Assembly: GCF_038025025.1 (NCBI RefSeq)
Contig: NW_027117338.1
Span: 310,001-374,000, forward strand
Source of the DNA: Phyllosticta citribraziliensis
Taxonomy: Eukaryota
Reading direction: 5' to 3'
Length of the DNA: 64,000 nucleotides
A program made the position numbers and the translations under genes. Shown in pieces: positions 48,670 to 64,000 of this stretch. Every line of letters begins with the position of its first letter. The stretch's first letter is position 1. The notes under the pieces were generated by a model. The model was not told the origin of the DNA. It searched no databases and was given only the letters and a program-made list of their open reading frames with translations.

Positions 48670-50588
48670 ATAAACTCTCCCTGTCGAAGCTCAATCAAAG
48701 ATTGCTGACATTGGGATCAGCATCAAAGAGCAGAGGATTCAAAGGGGTGGACATACCTAGTCGACAAGGCACCAGTTCGTGGAGCGGGAGAGATTGCTAG
48801 AGAAGACTGCCAATGTTCATTCCCGGCCGCACCAATTGCACAGCTGAGGCTGGAGGGAGGATAGGAAAACACCACACCCAACAGCGAATGCATTGATCAT
48901 GAATATAAACAAGGCCAGGAGAGGAGGGACCGTACGATAGCAGACGCTAGCGGCGATTCGAGAGCAAAGGGGAAGTTCGGGAGCGAGCAACAGGTCAACC
49001 CTGGTTTCAGCTTCCTGGCAGCCGACTCGGACGACCACTACGCCATGCTTCTGTGCAAGAAGACTCAGCTGCGAGACGACCCGGAAAACAAAGCTGCAAT
49101 GTAGTCGCGTGGTCAGTTTGATTGAATTGTGGACAGGTAAAAGGAGGGAGCTGGCTGTCGTCAGTCGTATAGAGAGGCGTCGTGGGGGCGTGAATTTGGC
49201 TTGGGGCACTAAGGCGCAATAGGGGACGCGACTTTTGCTAGAGCGGAGAAGGGGTCCTGTTTAGATAGTAGCGTTGATGCGGGCGAATTGGCGAGTAACT
49301 CCACAACTTTCAAGGGCGGTCTCGGCTTTTCCGCCTTTCTGTATGGGGTTATCTTCCAGCTGACGGGTCCCGCTTCATCAACCTAGCAGACAAGAGGAAA
49401 TTGAGGAAATTAAGGAAAGACTTGGAAGGGCAGTGGTGTACCAGATGAGTATGCGGTTGCCAGGGGCTACAGAATTTGGGAAAATGGCATTCTCTGTCGG
49501 CTTTTCGTTTTGTTCTCGAGGGCGTCTGCACGAATACAGTAGACGGCAAAAAGCAAATGGCCGCTTTTGGAAATTTTTAAAAAGCAGTCTTCGCATGAGG
49601 CAAGTGGCTGTCGAGAGCCCATTGCGGCATGAGGGCTTGATCGGAAGCGGACAACAGGAGGGATACTTTGGTTGAGCAGAGGCTTTAGTGCGGTAATTGG
49701 ACCCAAACTTTGACGGAGGGAGAACTGCGAAGCTCAAACGACAGTCGATTTGGCACAAATCACAGCCCCTGGTCTCTCGTCATACAAACGCCGGTTCCTC
49801 TTCGTATTCCACGGCGCAAGCATGCGTGGAGGGTTGAGAAGAATGCTGTGGCACGAGGCTGCTTGGAAATCGGGTGGATTGTCGTGGTTGACAGAGGTTG
49901 ATCGCTCACTTCAAAGACACGTTCCTTGAAAGATGGACGTCCTGAGAATGGCGCCCCGGCGAACAAGCGCCATCATGGTGCCGACCTTGCCGCTCCAGTG
50001 AAGGCCATGTTTGTGTCTTCTGCTTGTTGCGGAGAGGAACACCGTCGGAACTCGGTCGGCGCAGCATCATCGCAGGCTGCTTGCCAAGTCGGCGTCGACG
50101 TAGCTGTAGAGGCCTGAGAGAAGATCGTAAAGGCGATGCAGCCATGGCGAAGCGAGCGCGACTCAGGAGAGAGGCGCGGCGGGGCGCTGCGAGTCAGGGG
50201 CGGCGCTGACAATTGACAGCAGTGGCGCAAGAAGCTTTTGCGGCTCGGGGATGGTGGGCCCGCGTTCTCTGCTGCTGTCTATGACGCAACTGAAGTCGTT
50301 GTTGTTTACAGCTTCAATAGCAACCTCACTTGACGACGCGCTTCACGTGCTCCCAGCCTACCATCACACATTACACTTGGGCTTTGGGATCGTTTGGCTG
50401 CTTGTTCTCACGCCATGATTACCTTGACACCAGTGATTGCGCAGAGAAGGCCGTCGAACAGCCGGCGATAGTGTCATAAACTTGTCCGTTGATTAGCAAT
50501 CGGAACCCGCAGTTGTGTATGCCTGCCATGCTAGTACAGCATTGGCCCTGGAAATGGGCCTGACAAATGCTCATTCAAGCATTTATAG

Positions 50589-51846
<1,258 letters not shown>

Positions 51847-52700
51847 GAGAGGGATCGGAGCTCGTGGCACGCACACGCGAGAGGAGGGAGTGGTGCGGAA
51901 GAGGGAGGGACGACTGAAATTCTGAGCATCTGCTCGGCGGCCTTGAATGTTTGGCACCAAGCGTCGGAGAGTCAGGGCCTCATAGACATGATTGGATAGA
52001 CTGACGAGACTAGAGAAATGAAATAGCCATACCTACAGATTATAATTATCCCGCTCCCGCGCGCAGAGCTCTGACCATGTTTATGTGCTGGCGCTTGGCC
52101 TCATTGTCTGAGGCGTCGATCCTGCAAACAACCTAACGCGCAGCAGAGGCCTCCGCGTGTCGTCTCGGCGGGGTCGCTGTTTGCTTTTGCTGGCCCTTGA
52201 GTTTGTCGGTGACGGCAGCAAAAGGCGTAGAATGCTACACGTCGATAAAGCTGCAATGGGCCGGTGTCTAGACCGTGGTGCGATGTCGGTGGCCTCGTGT
52301 CTTGTACCTGAACTACTGCGCTTTACCCGTGTCAGTGGCCTGTGTGCAGCGCTCCTGATCGCAGCTCTATCCCAGCACCACCATCAATTACCTTTCCACG
52401 CCCACCCCAACCCCAACCCCGGCCGTCCTCTCTTCGTGTCTCTCCCTCACGCCTCACGCCCCATCCGACCGTCCTGTCCTCTTCGCCCATCCCGATCGCC
52501 TCTCGTCCGCCACTCCCAGAAGCCTCCTCCCGCTCCTCCACCTCTGCCGCTCCGTACACCACCCGCCGTCCTCTCGCGTCCGAGCATCGCGACTCAGCGG
52601 CTGCGCTCCACAGCACCGACCATCCACAACCCTCCGACCCGCATTGCGCGTAATGCAATTGTCGCCCCAGAATCGCGTCTAGCGCCCTGAGCACAGCGCC

Positions 52701-55700
52701 ATGCCCTGGCGGCCTGTCCCGCGGATTGCTTTTGCAATCTGCACATATCCCTTCCAGCCCTCATCGCCAGCCGACCTCCCGCTGGAGATTGGTGACGAGC
52801 TGTACATAATAGAGCAAGGCGGCAAAGATGGCGCCTGGTATCGTGGCTATCTGGTCGCGCCGCCTTCGCTGCTGGCGGGCCTGACTTCGTCCAAGGGCCA
52901 AACCCTCGAAGCGCGCGTCTTCTCCGGCATCTTCCCTCGCTGTTGCGTCGAAGTCCGCGAAGTCCTCGGTGACGCCAAGCCCAACGGCATCGACGAAGAT
53001 GGCGTCGCAAATGGTCAGCAGCGCCCTGGATCCGACGACCACGCCAGCGACGGCGAACAGCCTGTGAATGGGTTGATCACTCCTGACGAGAGTTCGACCT
53101 CCAGTCCGGCCACGGCCAAGTCACACTCGCGAGCAAGCAACAATCTGGGTCTGGCCCTGACTCCAAAAGATGCAAAGAGGTCAAGCATGCTGTTGCGCCA
53201 TGGCTCGCAAAAGGGGAAAAGAGAGACCTCTGGTTATTTCCTTCCGCTTTCACCAGTTTCCGTCGCGTCACGCGACCCCAACGCGCCGAAGCCGCCTGCT
53301 CCCGTTCCCATGCTAAAGATTGGAGACGAGACGCCGACATCACTTTCCGAACCGTTGGTAGACGAGATTGCTTCCTGCCTGCGCGAATGGCACTCCACCA
53401 AAGTACACGAGCTTTTGTTGGGTAGAAGATATGGCACACTGGATAAGATGACCACATTGGTACTCAAGTTGGACTCGGCACGAAGACAGCTGCTTCACAA
53501 GGTCTTGACCAAGAAAGAGTTGGACGTGGTTCGTGAAAGAACCGTGTGGGACCTCGTGGCTGGCAACAAAATGCTCTCAGGCGAGGTCATTGTGCGCAGT
53601 CCATCGCAAAAAGGCAGGATTCTGACATCGGAAGATTCTGCCATAGAAGTTACCCGTCTGCAGTCGATAATGAGTTTGCTGGACGAGCGGCCCACCCAAT
53701 CTTCGGAAGAGCATACGTTATACCATGTGGCGGCCACAGTGCGCAACTACGTGGGCGAAATCAAACAGCCCACTACAGTCTGCATGTATCTCTGCTCAAA
53801 AGCCCCTGGCGCGAGCCCGCTTCCGCTTTCCGAAGTTTTCGCCACGGACTTGGTCAACCAAGACGGTGGGGAGTCTGCCATTGCCGAGGAGAAGATCAAG
53901 ACGCTTTTTACAGATCTGAGCGCTGTGGACGTTGGCGAAGGTTCCGGAGCTGGTGCGAACACTTATCTCGTTGTCAAGATTCTTGGAAATGAGCCAGCCC
54001 GCATGGTCGCCACCCCGATGCCTCACCCCAGCATCACAAGAGACGGTTCAATATCTGGACAGGGAGGGCTTTCCTCGTCCAACAGCATCAACCGTGGACG
54101 AAGAAGCCTCATGTGGTCAGCTCGGCGGAAAAACTCCGATCCTGGCGAATTCACTGGTCTGAGACCATCTCAAAGCACGGCAAGCAGACCCTCGAGCGAA
54201 CGGTCCGACAGCGCCCCAGCACGGGCAGTGACACCCAAGGAGCCAAAGGCATTGAGGAGAACGTTTGCAATTGGTGTGCTGCGCCTGGACTTCGCGGGCA
54301 AGGAACGGCAAGAATTCGAGCAAGAAGTATCTCTCTGGACGCCGAGCAACCCTCTGGACGAAGTCACTGAGGAGACGGAGAAGTGGGACGACCTTGTTTC
54401 GGAGCTCAACCCCAGCGTGACTGGAGTGTACAAGAAATACCCCTTCATCAACCGGCTGCAAATCTACATCAAGAACTTTGGCCATAGCGATGCAGAAACC
54501 CTCATCAAGAAGACTCCAACGCTTTTGCACAATGTTATCCAAAGCAAGAAGATTGGCTTCTCAGGTGCCCCGACAAAGTACAGGAGCGACATCTATCTGA
54601 CACTTCGCGCACCATTTCTTCCGCAAAACTGCTTCCTGGCACACCCCAAAAGCGGATCGGTAGCGTTGGGCCAATCTTCAAATATGGCCAACCTCCAGTT
54701 GACCCTCGAAGTTCGCAAAGCGTCCGGAGACCGGATTGAAAATTGCATCTTCCCATCCGGAAACAGCAACGGACACACCGCATGGAGGACCACTGCCATT
54801 GAGAGAGGTGAATCGTGGAACCTGACGATCCGCTTTGCCATAAATCCTGAGGATGTCCCAGGATCCCACGTGGTCATGAGTCTTGCAGACGCACCGGGAT
54901 TTCCATTCGCTTTGTGCTGGATGCCGCTGTGGACCGACGACGCCTTTGTCCGCGATGGAGAGCATACTTTGGCCATGTACAAGTATGATGAACACACCTC
55001 CAGCATGATTTCTGGTCGGGGTGCCTACTTGTCGTTGCCTTGGAATTCTCAAAAGAAGGACGAGGCAATCACTGGAACAATGGCTGCCGTCAAGATCAGG
55101 ACCTACCTGTGCAGCACCAAGCACTCTCAAGACCCGAACCTCCTGTCTCTTTTGAAGTGGCGAGACCAGGGCGCGAACGCTATCGCAGACCTCCTCAAAC
55201 GGTTCCTTTTCGTGCCCGAGATTGAAATCGTAAAACTCTTGTCCGAGGTCTTTGACTCGCTCTTTGAGATTCTCGTCGAAAATGCCGGCCGTGATGAGAT
55301 TGAGGACTTGGTTTTCAATGCACTCGTCACTGTATTAGGAATTGTCCACGACCGCCGCTTCGACATGTCGCCTCTTGTGGACAAGTACGTGCAGACGCGA
55401 TTCAATTACCCATTTGCCACGGCCGCTATGGTGAGGAGCTTCAATCGATTGTTGTCCAATCCAGTCGACCCGGCAACTTCGCGTGCTCTCCGATCAACCT
55501 TCAAGGTTGGCGCGCACATTTTCAAGTTCATCATGAAGGCCCGACTACAGCAGAAAGACAAAGAGGCAGGAATTGGAATCACTGGTCGCCAGTCGACCTT
55601 CACCAAGGATATGCAAAACATCTTCAAGGCCTTGGAATCTCTCATGACGAATGCGGCTCCCATCTTGGTTGGAACCAAGACTCTTCTCGTGCAGCACTTC

Positions 55701-58700
55701 CACACGTGGTTGCCAGAGTTGACAATATGCTTGACGCCGGCCGAAGTTCTCGAGCTCGCATCGAGCTTTATAGACTCTTGCGCCTTGGTTCAGGGCAAGC
55801 TCATTCTTTACAAACTCATCTTGGTCATGCATCTCAACGAGGTGGATGCTTTCAAGACATCGGGGACCAGATCAACTCTGGTCTCGAGAACTGTCAGATG
55901 GCTTGCTCCACATTGGGGCAAGACTGGCACAGTCAACGATCAGTGGAGAGACCAAGTGCGGCTTTGCTGCTCTGTCGTTGCGTCCCAGATTGAGGGACTC
56001 GGTCCAGAAGCCGCAGACTACATTCCAAAGCTGGTCGACTCGTACTTGACGGTATCTCACGCCCCCCGGGCTCCTAAACAACATCTGTCTCTACTTTTTC
56101 CCACCTCTTATCCGTTTTCTTCCAAGCAGATTGAGACTACCGGCGACTTTGACGAAATCTTGGTTGAACTGCTTGCCATTCTTGCAGCTATCACCAATCT
56201 TCCCATTACGATTCACCCCGATCTACCCAAGGATGAAATGGTCTCTTTTCTTTCAGATACCCTACAGGTTCTCATGGCAAGCTTGGATGGCGGGGCGTTT
56301 CCAAAGACATGGCTCAGTGTCAACATTTATCATCACAAGGCCACCATGAAGGCCCTGGAAAAGCTCTGTGGCGTTCTTATCGACTCATTCATTCCGGATC
56401 CCGATCAGGCCGAAGAATTCGCAACTGATCTTTGGAAATCCTTCTTCGACACGCTACTCAAACTCGTTAGCAGCGATGCTCTTGCACTCGAGACGTTCCC
56501 CGAGCAAAAGCGAAGAGCAGTGTGGAAGATTGCTGGAGATGTGCGCGAGCTTGGCGCCGAATTGCTCCGCCGAAGCTGGGATGCCATTGGCTGGGAGACG
56601 ACCGCTGACGACCGCGATCGCTATGGCCTGGAAAAGATGGGCGGTTACCAAGTGCAATACGTACCTGGGCTCGTTGCTCCCATTGTTGAGCTCTGTCTCA
56701 GCGTTCACCAAGGGCTGAGAAGCGTGGCGATTCAAGTCTTGCAAACAATGATTGTCAGCGAGTGGTCGCTGTCAGAGGACCTGGGCTTGATTCAGGCGGA
56801 GATGATTGATTGTCTGGACCGCCTCTTCAAGACCAAGAATCTGACGGAGAGTGTCATACAGAAGCTCTTCATCAACGAACTCATCGACCTGTTTGAGCCC
56901 ATGGCGCAAGATCCAGATGACGCGCTTTTCAACGCTGTCAAGGACCTCATCAATACCATTGATGAACTGCTTGATTTGCTGGTCGCAGTACACGGCCGCG
57001 AAAGCTCAGGCGAAGTATTCCACATCATGGACACTCTCCACTTGATGGAATTCTTGAAGGACATGCAAAAAGAAGACATTTACATTCGCTACGTCCATCA
57101 GCTTGCACAGATTCAGGCGGAAGCAGGAAATATGACCGAGGCAGGTCTCGCGCTTCGTCTGCACGCCGAACTGTACGAATGGGACCCTACAACAACCGTT
57201 CAAGTCTTGGAGGACCCGCCCTTCCCTGCACAGACTGCATTCGACAGGAAAGAGCACCTCTACTTTGAAATGATCAAGCATTACGAGGACGGTCTATCGT
57301 GGAACAATGCCTTGGCAGCCTACCAGGAGCTCGCCGGACAATACGAGCACAATGTTTTCGACTTTGCCAAACTCGCACGCACGCAACGAGCCATGGCAAC
57401 TGTCTATGAGAGCATCAACAGAGGCGATAGGCAGCTCCCACGCTACTTCCGTGTTGTGTACAGAGGATTAGGCTGGCCTCACGCACTTCGAGACAAGCAG
57501 TTTGTCTTTGAGGGCTCGCCAATGGACAATCGCGCTACGTTCACAGATCGCTTGCAGCAGCAACACCCGTCTGCTCAGATTTCGACTGGAGCACAAGACG
57601 AGGATGTCGAGGGCCAGTACTTGGAAATCTTTTCAGTCGGCCCACAGAAAGACCTCATGCATCCAATCTACCAGCGGCCAAAGGTAGCGCAGACAATACG
57701 GGACTACTACGTCCTGTCCACGCCCAACAGGTTTTCAACAACTTCGCGACTTCAAGGTGCCAATGAAACCAATCTCAAGGAGCGGAGAGTGCACAAGGTC
57801 ATTTACACCACTGCCGAGACATTCCCCACGATCCTTCGACGCAGTGAGATTGTGTCCGTCGAAGAGGTCATCTACACGCCTCTCCAGACTGCCCTCGAGC
57901 GGACCATCAGAAAGACGGCCGAATTAGCTGCTCTCGAGAGGCGGGTGGCCAACGGTGAAGATTCAGCGCTGCAGATGCTGACCGAGTCGCTCATGTTGTC
58001 TGTTGACTCCAAGTCACCCAACAGCGTAGCGCAATACAGAGAACTCCTTCCTAGACCCCTCCCCCCCGTTGGATCCGATGCTGGCGAGGATGACGATGAC
58101 GGACTGTTGGAACCCCCTCTGGAGCCCCTGGAGAGCGCCCTCAAAAATGCGCTCATGGATCATGCACTGATGGTGAAGAGATGCCTTGGCACCTACACCA
58201 GACCGGCGCAGCTAGCAACAGCTCAGGACCTCTCCGGACGTAAGCCCAGGCCTCCTTGAAATGGACTCGGAAGAAACCACTCTGCTAACAACCAGCCCGC
58301 CAGGCTTCGAGCAAACCTTCGCTCCCGAACTCGAAGCCCTCCATGTCGGCCAGCTCACCCACCTGCTTTCTGCGCCCAGCCACCACTACAACAGCTCGTC
58401 CCTTTTGAACCCGTCGATCGCACAAGCGACCGTCATTCCGCTCCTCCAAGCCGCGCCCTCGCCAGCTGCGTTTGAAAAGATGCGCCTGTCGGCCGCGGCG
58501 CTCCTCCCTTCGTCTGCCTTGTTCCCTTCCCCGTCTCCGGACACGACGCCGCGAGCCGTCTCGCGCAATGATAAGAACCGGCTCTCGCTCACCTTTCTCA
58601 AGCGCAACTCGGCCTCACTTTCATCCAATCACGCGCACCACGCTTCGGACTCGACGGTGCGCAGCGGCGGCCAAAACAACAACTCGGCCGCCGCCAGCTA

Positions 58701-59247
58701 CGCGCCTCAAAACCTGGCCGCAGCCCTGAGCGCCGCCGCCGCGGCAGGAGGCGAACGAGGAGGCGGCGGACTCAAGCCCACCAGCGACGACGCCCGCCAA
58801 TCGACATCACGGTCCCACTCCTTCGCCGACACTCTGGCCACGTCCAACACCAACACGTCGACGACTTCGCAGAGCCAGTCGCAAAACCCGCGCCGCCGCA
58901 GCCGCAGCCGCAGCCACCACCGACTTTCCTTCCTGCACTCCACCAGCAGCAACACGTCGGCGGCCGCGCTCCCCAAGACCAGTCCGGCACACCCTACCGA
59001 CTCGGCCGCTGCGACCGGGGGTGGGCGCCCCGGCACCAGCGTCAGCGAGAACAACGCCATGCTCGGCCGCATCAGCAGCGCAGCTGCACGCGGAGGAAAC
59101 GAGAACAAGAGCGCCACGACGTCGTCGTCGACGGCGGGCGGCCTGGCAAAGGACGTCAAAAAGCGCTTCAGCATGCTCAACATTGGGCGCATAGGCAGCA
59201 GCAAGGGACAGGTCAGGGTTGGCGAGAGCGTGGTTGAAGAGCAATAG
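52701..59247 (+). CDS. DCK1: DOCK180-family Rho/Rac guanine nucleotide exchange factor (SH3, C2/DHR-1, DHR-2), 2 exons (52701-58239, 58304-59247)
   Basis: N-terminal SH3 (YPF..DLPLEIGDELYIIEQ..WYRGY..GIFP), EPLVDEIASCLREW, YIRYVHQL, YFRVVYRGLG, FPTILRRSEI; intron GTAAGC..GCTAAC..CAG. Confidence 0.93.
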
Positions 59248-61234
59248 TCCTAGTGGTGGTGGTGGTGCGTGCGTTTTTCATCGTTCTTGTTGGGTTTTTG
59301 CTTTTTGGCACTGGAGCCGTTTGGATCTGGTTTGAACGGGGCTGGAAAATAGGCGGCGGGTAGGCAGACAGGCAGAGACATGAGTCCGAACGAGACGATC
59401 GACTGTGGGAGGGTAATTGTGGATGGATGATTTTTATTTTTCTGCCTTCTTCTTTTTGTTGTACATACTTTCTCTTCTGGTCGATGCTGCGGCAGCAGCA
59501 GCAGCAGCAGCAGCGTGCCTGCCTCCTCGTACGGATGGGGAGAAAGGATACGCGTCATTCAGCGGCTTCGTCTTTTGTCGTTGCGCTCTCCCACTCACCT
59601 TACATACTTCGTTCGCAGTCTCTTCGGTTTTGCCTTCCTTCTCCACTTCCTCCTCGTCCTGCTTCCTTCTTTGCTTGACACGTCGTCCCTCTTCCTTGTA
59701 GTCATTCGTGCGTGCGCTGGTGGATGAGCGTTGTTGGCTCTCCTTTTTGATGCTACTACTTGTTTGTCTCGAGTCCGACTGAAGAAAAAAGATTCTCTCC
59801 TTAAGGGTTGGACTGGTTGGTTGGTTGGTTGGTTTGCATGTATTTACGTACTTTGATAGAGCGGGCCCGAAGCGCGAGAGCTAGCAAGAGAGAGAGAGAG
59901 AGAGTAATGATTGGTTCGCGCAGAGTCGGATTGGACAACGGTGGGGCAGGAGAGGAAGAGTACGAGAGAGAGCGTGTGCAGCAGACTTACTCACTGATTG
60001 TCTGTCTTTTGGGCCGTGGGTGCACCGGTTGGTGGCTTGTTTGGGTTGTTTTGTACAGTGCAGCGCGTCGGTTAAATTGAAAATGGAGATAAGATAGATT
60101 GATTCACTGATTGATTGCATGAATGAATGGAATGACAGTAGCTACACCTTCCATTGACTTCTGGTAGTTGTGTGATTAACTGAGTGGCGCGGAAAGGGAG
60201 AGTGTATGGGAATAAGTGTGTGAATATACTACTCGTGCTGTTTTTTGGCCACGGCTGAGCCTAGTTCCTTGGGTTCTTGGGGCGGCGTGTTTTTCTGTCC
60301 TCTGCACAGGCTGTCGAGTCTGGATGGCGGTTGGGGTTTGGGTGGCATTGGGTTGATTGGATGTTTTCCTCCAGCCGAAGGCTCTCGTCGTCCCGACATG
60401 TCTTGTTTGCCCTCATGTCTAGATCTTTTTTAGTTATACAATGGCGTTGCCGTACTCTAGATGGTTGTGCGAAAATAGTATTGGAGCACACCTGGGGCGC
60501 TGTGGTCTGGCTTGGAGCAATGAAATAGTAATGGCACAAACAAAACCTAGTCAGGGGCAGATAGGAAGTGTTAGAGCGTTTGAGCAATCGAGCAATGAGG
60601 AGCGTTCAAAGACTTCAGTTTGCGGAATCTATAGCTTTGTACTGCACGACTTTTGTCAACAGAACGATGTAGTTCGCATATCCTTTTCTCCGTCACATCC
60701 CAGGGAGTCATGGTAGATTGAGCGTTGGATTGAGTTGGGCCCTCATTGAATCAGCATTCTCGTCGCAGTCACTTTCATCCAAACACCAGTGATTCATGAG
60801 GATCCGACATCTGGATTTCGCTATACACAGATGTGCTTCGTGAGATTGCAGTGTCATCTGCCCCCTTCGACCTAATCGACCCCGGCAATTTCTGTCACTC
60901 GATCGAACACGCTACCGTCCGACCCAACCCGTGTACCATTTTGAGGATCATGCAATATGCAAGGAAAAAAACGAAGAGAGAACCGAAGCAAGACTCTCCC
61001 GGAACAGCCGACATTTTGATTCAACCCGAGATGTACGCCCCACCGAGTAGCTTCCTACGAGAGTGAAGACGTCTCCCATTGCTCTGCTTCGCGCGACATG
61101 CCAGCCCAGCCCGAATTCCCTGTCCACGAGTCACCGCTTGGAAAAAGGTGCCGTCAAGTGCCATCTTCGATGAGTTTTGCCGGATATGTCGAAGCCAAGG
61201 AGACCGGTAGTCGTGCAGGCGCAACGTCGTTCGA

Positions 61235-61894
61235 TTACTGGGGAGCGGCAGCGGGAACGGCAGCGGGAGCGCGGCCACGGCCGAAGCCACCACGGAACTG
61301 GGGCTGGAACTCGCCGGGGGCGCCGCCCTCCTTCTCACCACCGTCACGGCGGCGGTAGCCCTCACGGTCGCCGCGGGGACCGCCACGGGGACCACCGCGC
61401 TTCTGGTCGTCGAGCATGCCGCGAGGAGGAGCGTGCGAGCGCTGCTGCTTGATGTGCGTCTGGGGGACGATCTCGGCGGGGAGGTGGAGCCACTCGCGGA
61501 GGTAGTCGAGACCCTCGGGGGTGAGGGTGTAGTAGTAGTACTGCCACGAGAACTGGGTCTTGAGGTAGCCGCGCGAGGTGAGCGACTGGCAAGCCTTGAT
61601 GACCTGTGCAATGTATGAGCGTCTGCTGCCAGTGTCCTCGAAACCGCGCGTGGGCGATCGAAATGTCGCTCGTTTACGCATTCAAGCGCGCCAATTGGTC
61701 TCGATGTTCGGATTCAACGTACGTAGAGGTTCTTGACGTCAATCTCGGTGTGCTTGGGAAGGGTGAAGTCCTAGAGCAAGTCAGTACGGACACTTCCTGA
61801 GCGCAGCGGTAACCCTCACCTTCTTCGCGACGAGGACACCCTCGCGGAAGAGGTACTCGTGAATCTTCTTCCTGTCGGCCTTGGGGATGAGCAT
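61235..61894 (-). CDS. RPS10: 40S ribosomal protein S10 (eS10), 3 exons (61894-61820, 61770-61723, 61603-61235), 163 aa
   Basis: [74 protein letters not shown]. Confidence 0.97.
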
Positions 61895-62282
61895 GATGGG
61901 CGACTTGTTGGTGGGTTGTCGGGTGTGGCTGGCGGGTCGTCGTCGTCGGTCGTCGTGATAGAGGAGTAAATTCCAACGAGTCGAAAGTGCCGTGGGCCGG
62001 CGAAAGGTAAAGCCGAACCACCAGTTGCCAAGACCGCCCACCGAGATGCAGCCGCCCCATCATCCGCTTCCTTGCCTCTCCAACCTCCATCTTCTTGCCA
62101 TCCAACTTGCATCCTCCACTCGAAAGCCTCGACACAACTCTACGATACACGGCTCTTGTGCTGATAACGCGAGACCGACGCGCAAAACCAACACTACCAA
62201 TCCTGCACCTCGAACACCACACTAAACTTGCGTCACATCACAACCACCAACCACCCTCTCCCCGCGTCACCGCAAATACGCC

Positions 62283-63131
62283 ATGGCTTCGTCAATTATC
62301 AACGTCCTCTTGACCTCCTTCCCCGGACTTGGACTTCCGTCAACACTCTCTCTACCGCTTTCCGCCCAGTCGACAATCTCAGACTTCACCCAGACGGTCC
62401 ACTCGCGGATACCCGCCGTCAACAACCGACTTATTTTCACGACCGTCTCCAACAAACTACTGGACCCAGAATCACCAGCACCAATCGCGTCTCTTCTCTC
62501 ATCACCCGAAGATGCATTCCTGTCGCTCCGCCTCAGTGCTCCGCTATGCGGTGGCAAGGGAGGTTTCGGATCGCAGCTCCGCGCTGCCGGCGGCCGCATG
62601 CGCAAGAAGCGTGGCCAAGGCGAAAACAATGGATCATCCCGCAACCTCGAAGGCCGTCGTCTGCGCACCGTAACCGAAGCCAAGGCGCTGGCCGAGTACC
62701 TGGCCATCAAGCCCGAAATGGACAAAAAGGAGAAGGAGGAGCGTCGCAAGCGGTGGGAGGACATTGTGGCCATGGCGGAGCGGAAGGAAGACGAAATCAA
62801 GAATGGAGGCAAGGGGCGCCTGGATGGGCAGTGGATGGAGAGTAAAGAGGAGGCCGAGGAGAAGACGAGAGAAGCAGTTTTGGCGGCGATGAAGAACGGC
62901 GGAATCAGTGATGTTCTGGGGAAGAAGGAGAGCGATTCATCTGCTAGCCCATCCGAGGGCAGTGCAGAGGAGAGCGAGGAAGAGGTTCAAAACAAGGCTA
63001 CCTCGTCCAAACCAGCACCTGCCCAACGGACATTCTTTGGTTGGGACGAGGATGAAGACATGAGCGACTCGGAAGAAGACGAGGAGGAAGCGGAGGTCGA
63101 AGTCAGTGGCAAGGGCAAGGGCAGAGCTTGA
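62283..63131 (+). CDS. SDE2: Sde2: ubiquitin-fold-activated splicing/silencing factor
   Basis: Ubiquitin-like N-terminus ending [14 protein letters not shown] cleavage motif, [11 protein letters not shown], acidic tail; single exon. Confidence 0.92.
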   Translation: MASSIINVLLTSFPGLGLPSTLSLPLSAQSTISDFTQTVHSRIPAVNNRLIFTTVSNKLLDPESPAPIASLLSSPEDAFLSLRLSAPLCGGKGGFGSQLRAAGGRMRKKRGQGENNGSSRNLEGRRLRTVTEAKALAEYLAIKPEMDKKEKEERRKRWEDIVAMAERKEDEIKNGGKGRLDGQWMESKEEAEEKTREAVLAAMKNGGISDVLGKKESDSSASPSEGSAEESEEEVQNKATSSKPAPAQRTFFGWDEDEDMSDSEEDEEEAEVEVSGKGKGRA

Positions 63132-63938
63132 GAATCCAGTTGGCAGTATCAGAGTCGGAGAATTCGGGTCACTTGAGCAAAGGCGTTTGGAGTTTTGGTT
63201 GGTCGCATCATCTATCTCGTTTATACCCACATTGTACGCCCATGCAAGGCGAAGCAGCTCACCTACACTCAACGAGTTCGGGTTCGAGTCCAAATTAAGA
63301 CATTGTTTACACTTCCATCATTTCATTCTGATTGCGCCGTCCACCAGCTCTCGTCCGGTGCTTTACCTGCCCGCCGACTGTGGGCCTTTTTCTCTCTCTC
63401 ACCTATCAAGCAGAGCTCATCGACCGCGCGCACCCGGCTCTCTCCCTCCTTTTTCCTCCCGACTCTAGTTACTGTCCTGCCGGCATCTTGGCCACACAAA
63501 CACGCTTGCCGCGGTACGCGCTTAGGCACAAGCACCATGCAGCAGCAGCGGCGGCGGCGGCGGCGGCGCGCTAATGCAGGGCCAAAAATCGCCGACTGAC
63601 GGAAGATGAGAAGGTTAAGATGTGAGATATATCTGTTGCAATGGATGGTTCGCTGTCGCCTGTCGGCGGCGACAAAGCGGTGGTGGGTGTAGAGAGAAGT
63701 AGGAGTGAGTGCTTTGAATACTTTGAATGCTGTACCACTGTGGCCAAGGAGTTTTTTTGTTTGATGTTGCTTTGGATGGAAGTGGTCGACTGAGCTGGTT
63801 ACTTTACGCCTGGGAGCTGTCATCCACCATCAACAATCCACTCCATCATACATGGACACAGCACGTATCCTCCCCTCCCTTCCCTCTTCTTCCTATGTAC
63901 CTTACCTATCTATATTGTACCAGCACGCCTGCCCACAA

Positions 63939-63978
63939 CCACCACCACCACCATCACCATCATCATCATCATCATCAT
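63939..63978. repeat. Compound (CAC)n(CAT)n trinucleotide repeat
   Basis: ccaccaccaccaccatcaccatcatcatcatcatcatcat. Confidence 0.8.
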
Positions 63979-64000
63979 CCCTGCCACTCACCGCAACCGA

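Noticed and set aside
63278..63295. GGTTCGAGTCC resembling a tRNA T-loop (also GGTTCGACTC at ~5061)
   Set aside because: No complete T-stem, acceptor stem or cloverleaf around either site

Overview
Eukaryotic, intron-containing, GC-rich genomic DNA from a filamentous ascomycete. It is probably a Dothideomycete (inferred from gene content, ~50-nt GT-AG introns with CTRAC-type branch points and microsatellite-rich intergenic DNA). I rebuilt spliced gene models by hand. Conserved genes: ureG, an Stc1-domain zinc-finger protein, BTN1/battenin, RXT3, PFK-2/FBPase-2 (FBP26), a WDR62/MAPKBP1-like WD40 protein, a 10-exon zinc alcohol dehydrogenase, STE11 MAPKKK, RFC5, an old yellow enzyme, a DOCK-family GEF, RPS10 and SDE2, plus several hypothetical proteins. 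No tRNA, rRNA, CRISPR array or intact transposon was recognised. The most interesting items are not visible as complete ORFs in the supplied track: (1) a three-exon, 134-aa secreted protein with 12 mature-region cysteines (candidate effector) at the edge of a gene-poor block; (2) a minimal 109-aa Stc1-type tandem zinc-finger protein; (3) a probable distal first exon for FBP26 carrying an RxRxxS motif; (4) three stop-free, frame-preserving introns, one of which would insert a PKA consensus site (RRGS) just before the STE11 SAM domain; (5) a hidden 103-aa hydrophilic protein; (6) a decayed hexapeptide-repeat gene relic. I could not establish a new multi-gene system; co-location hypotheses are flagged as inference.
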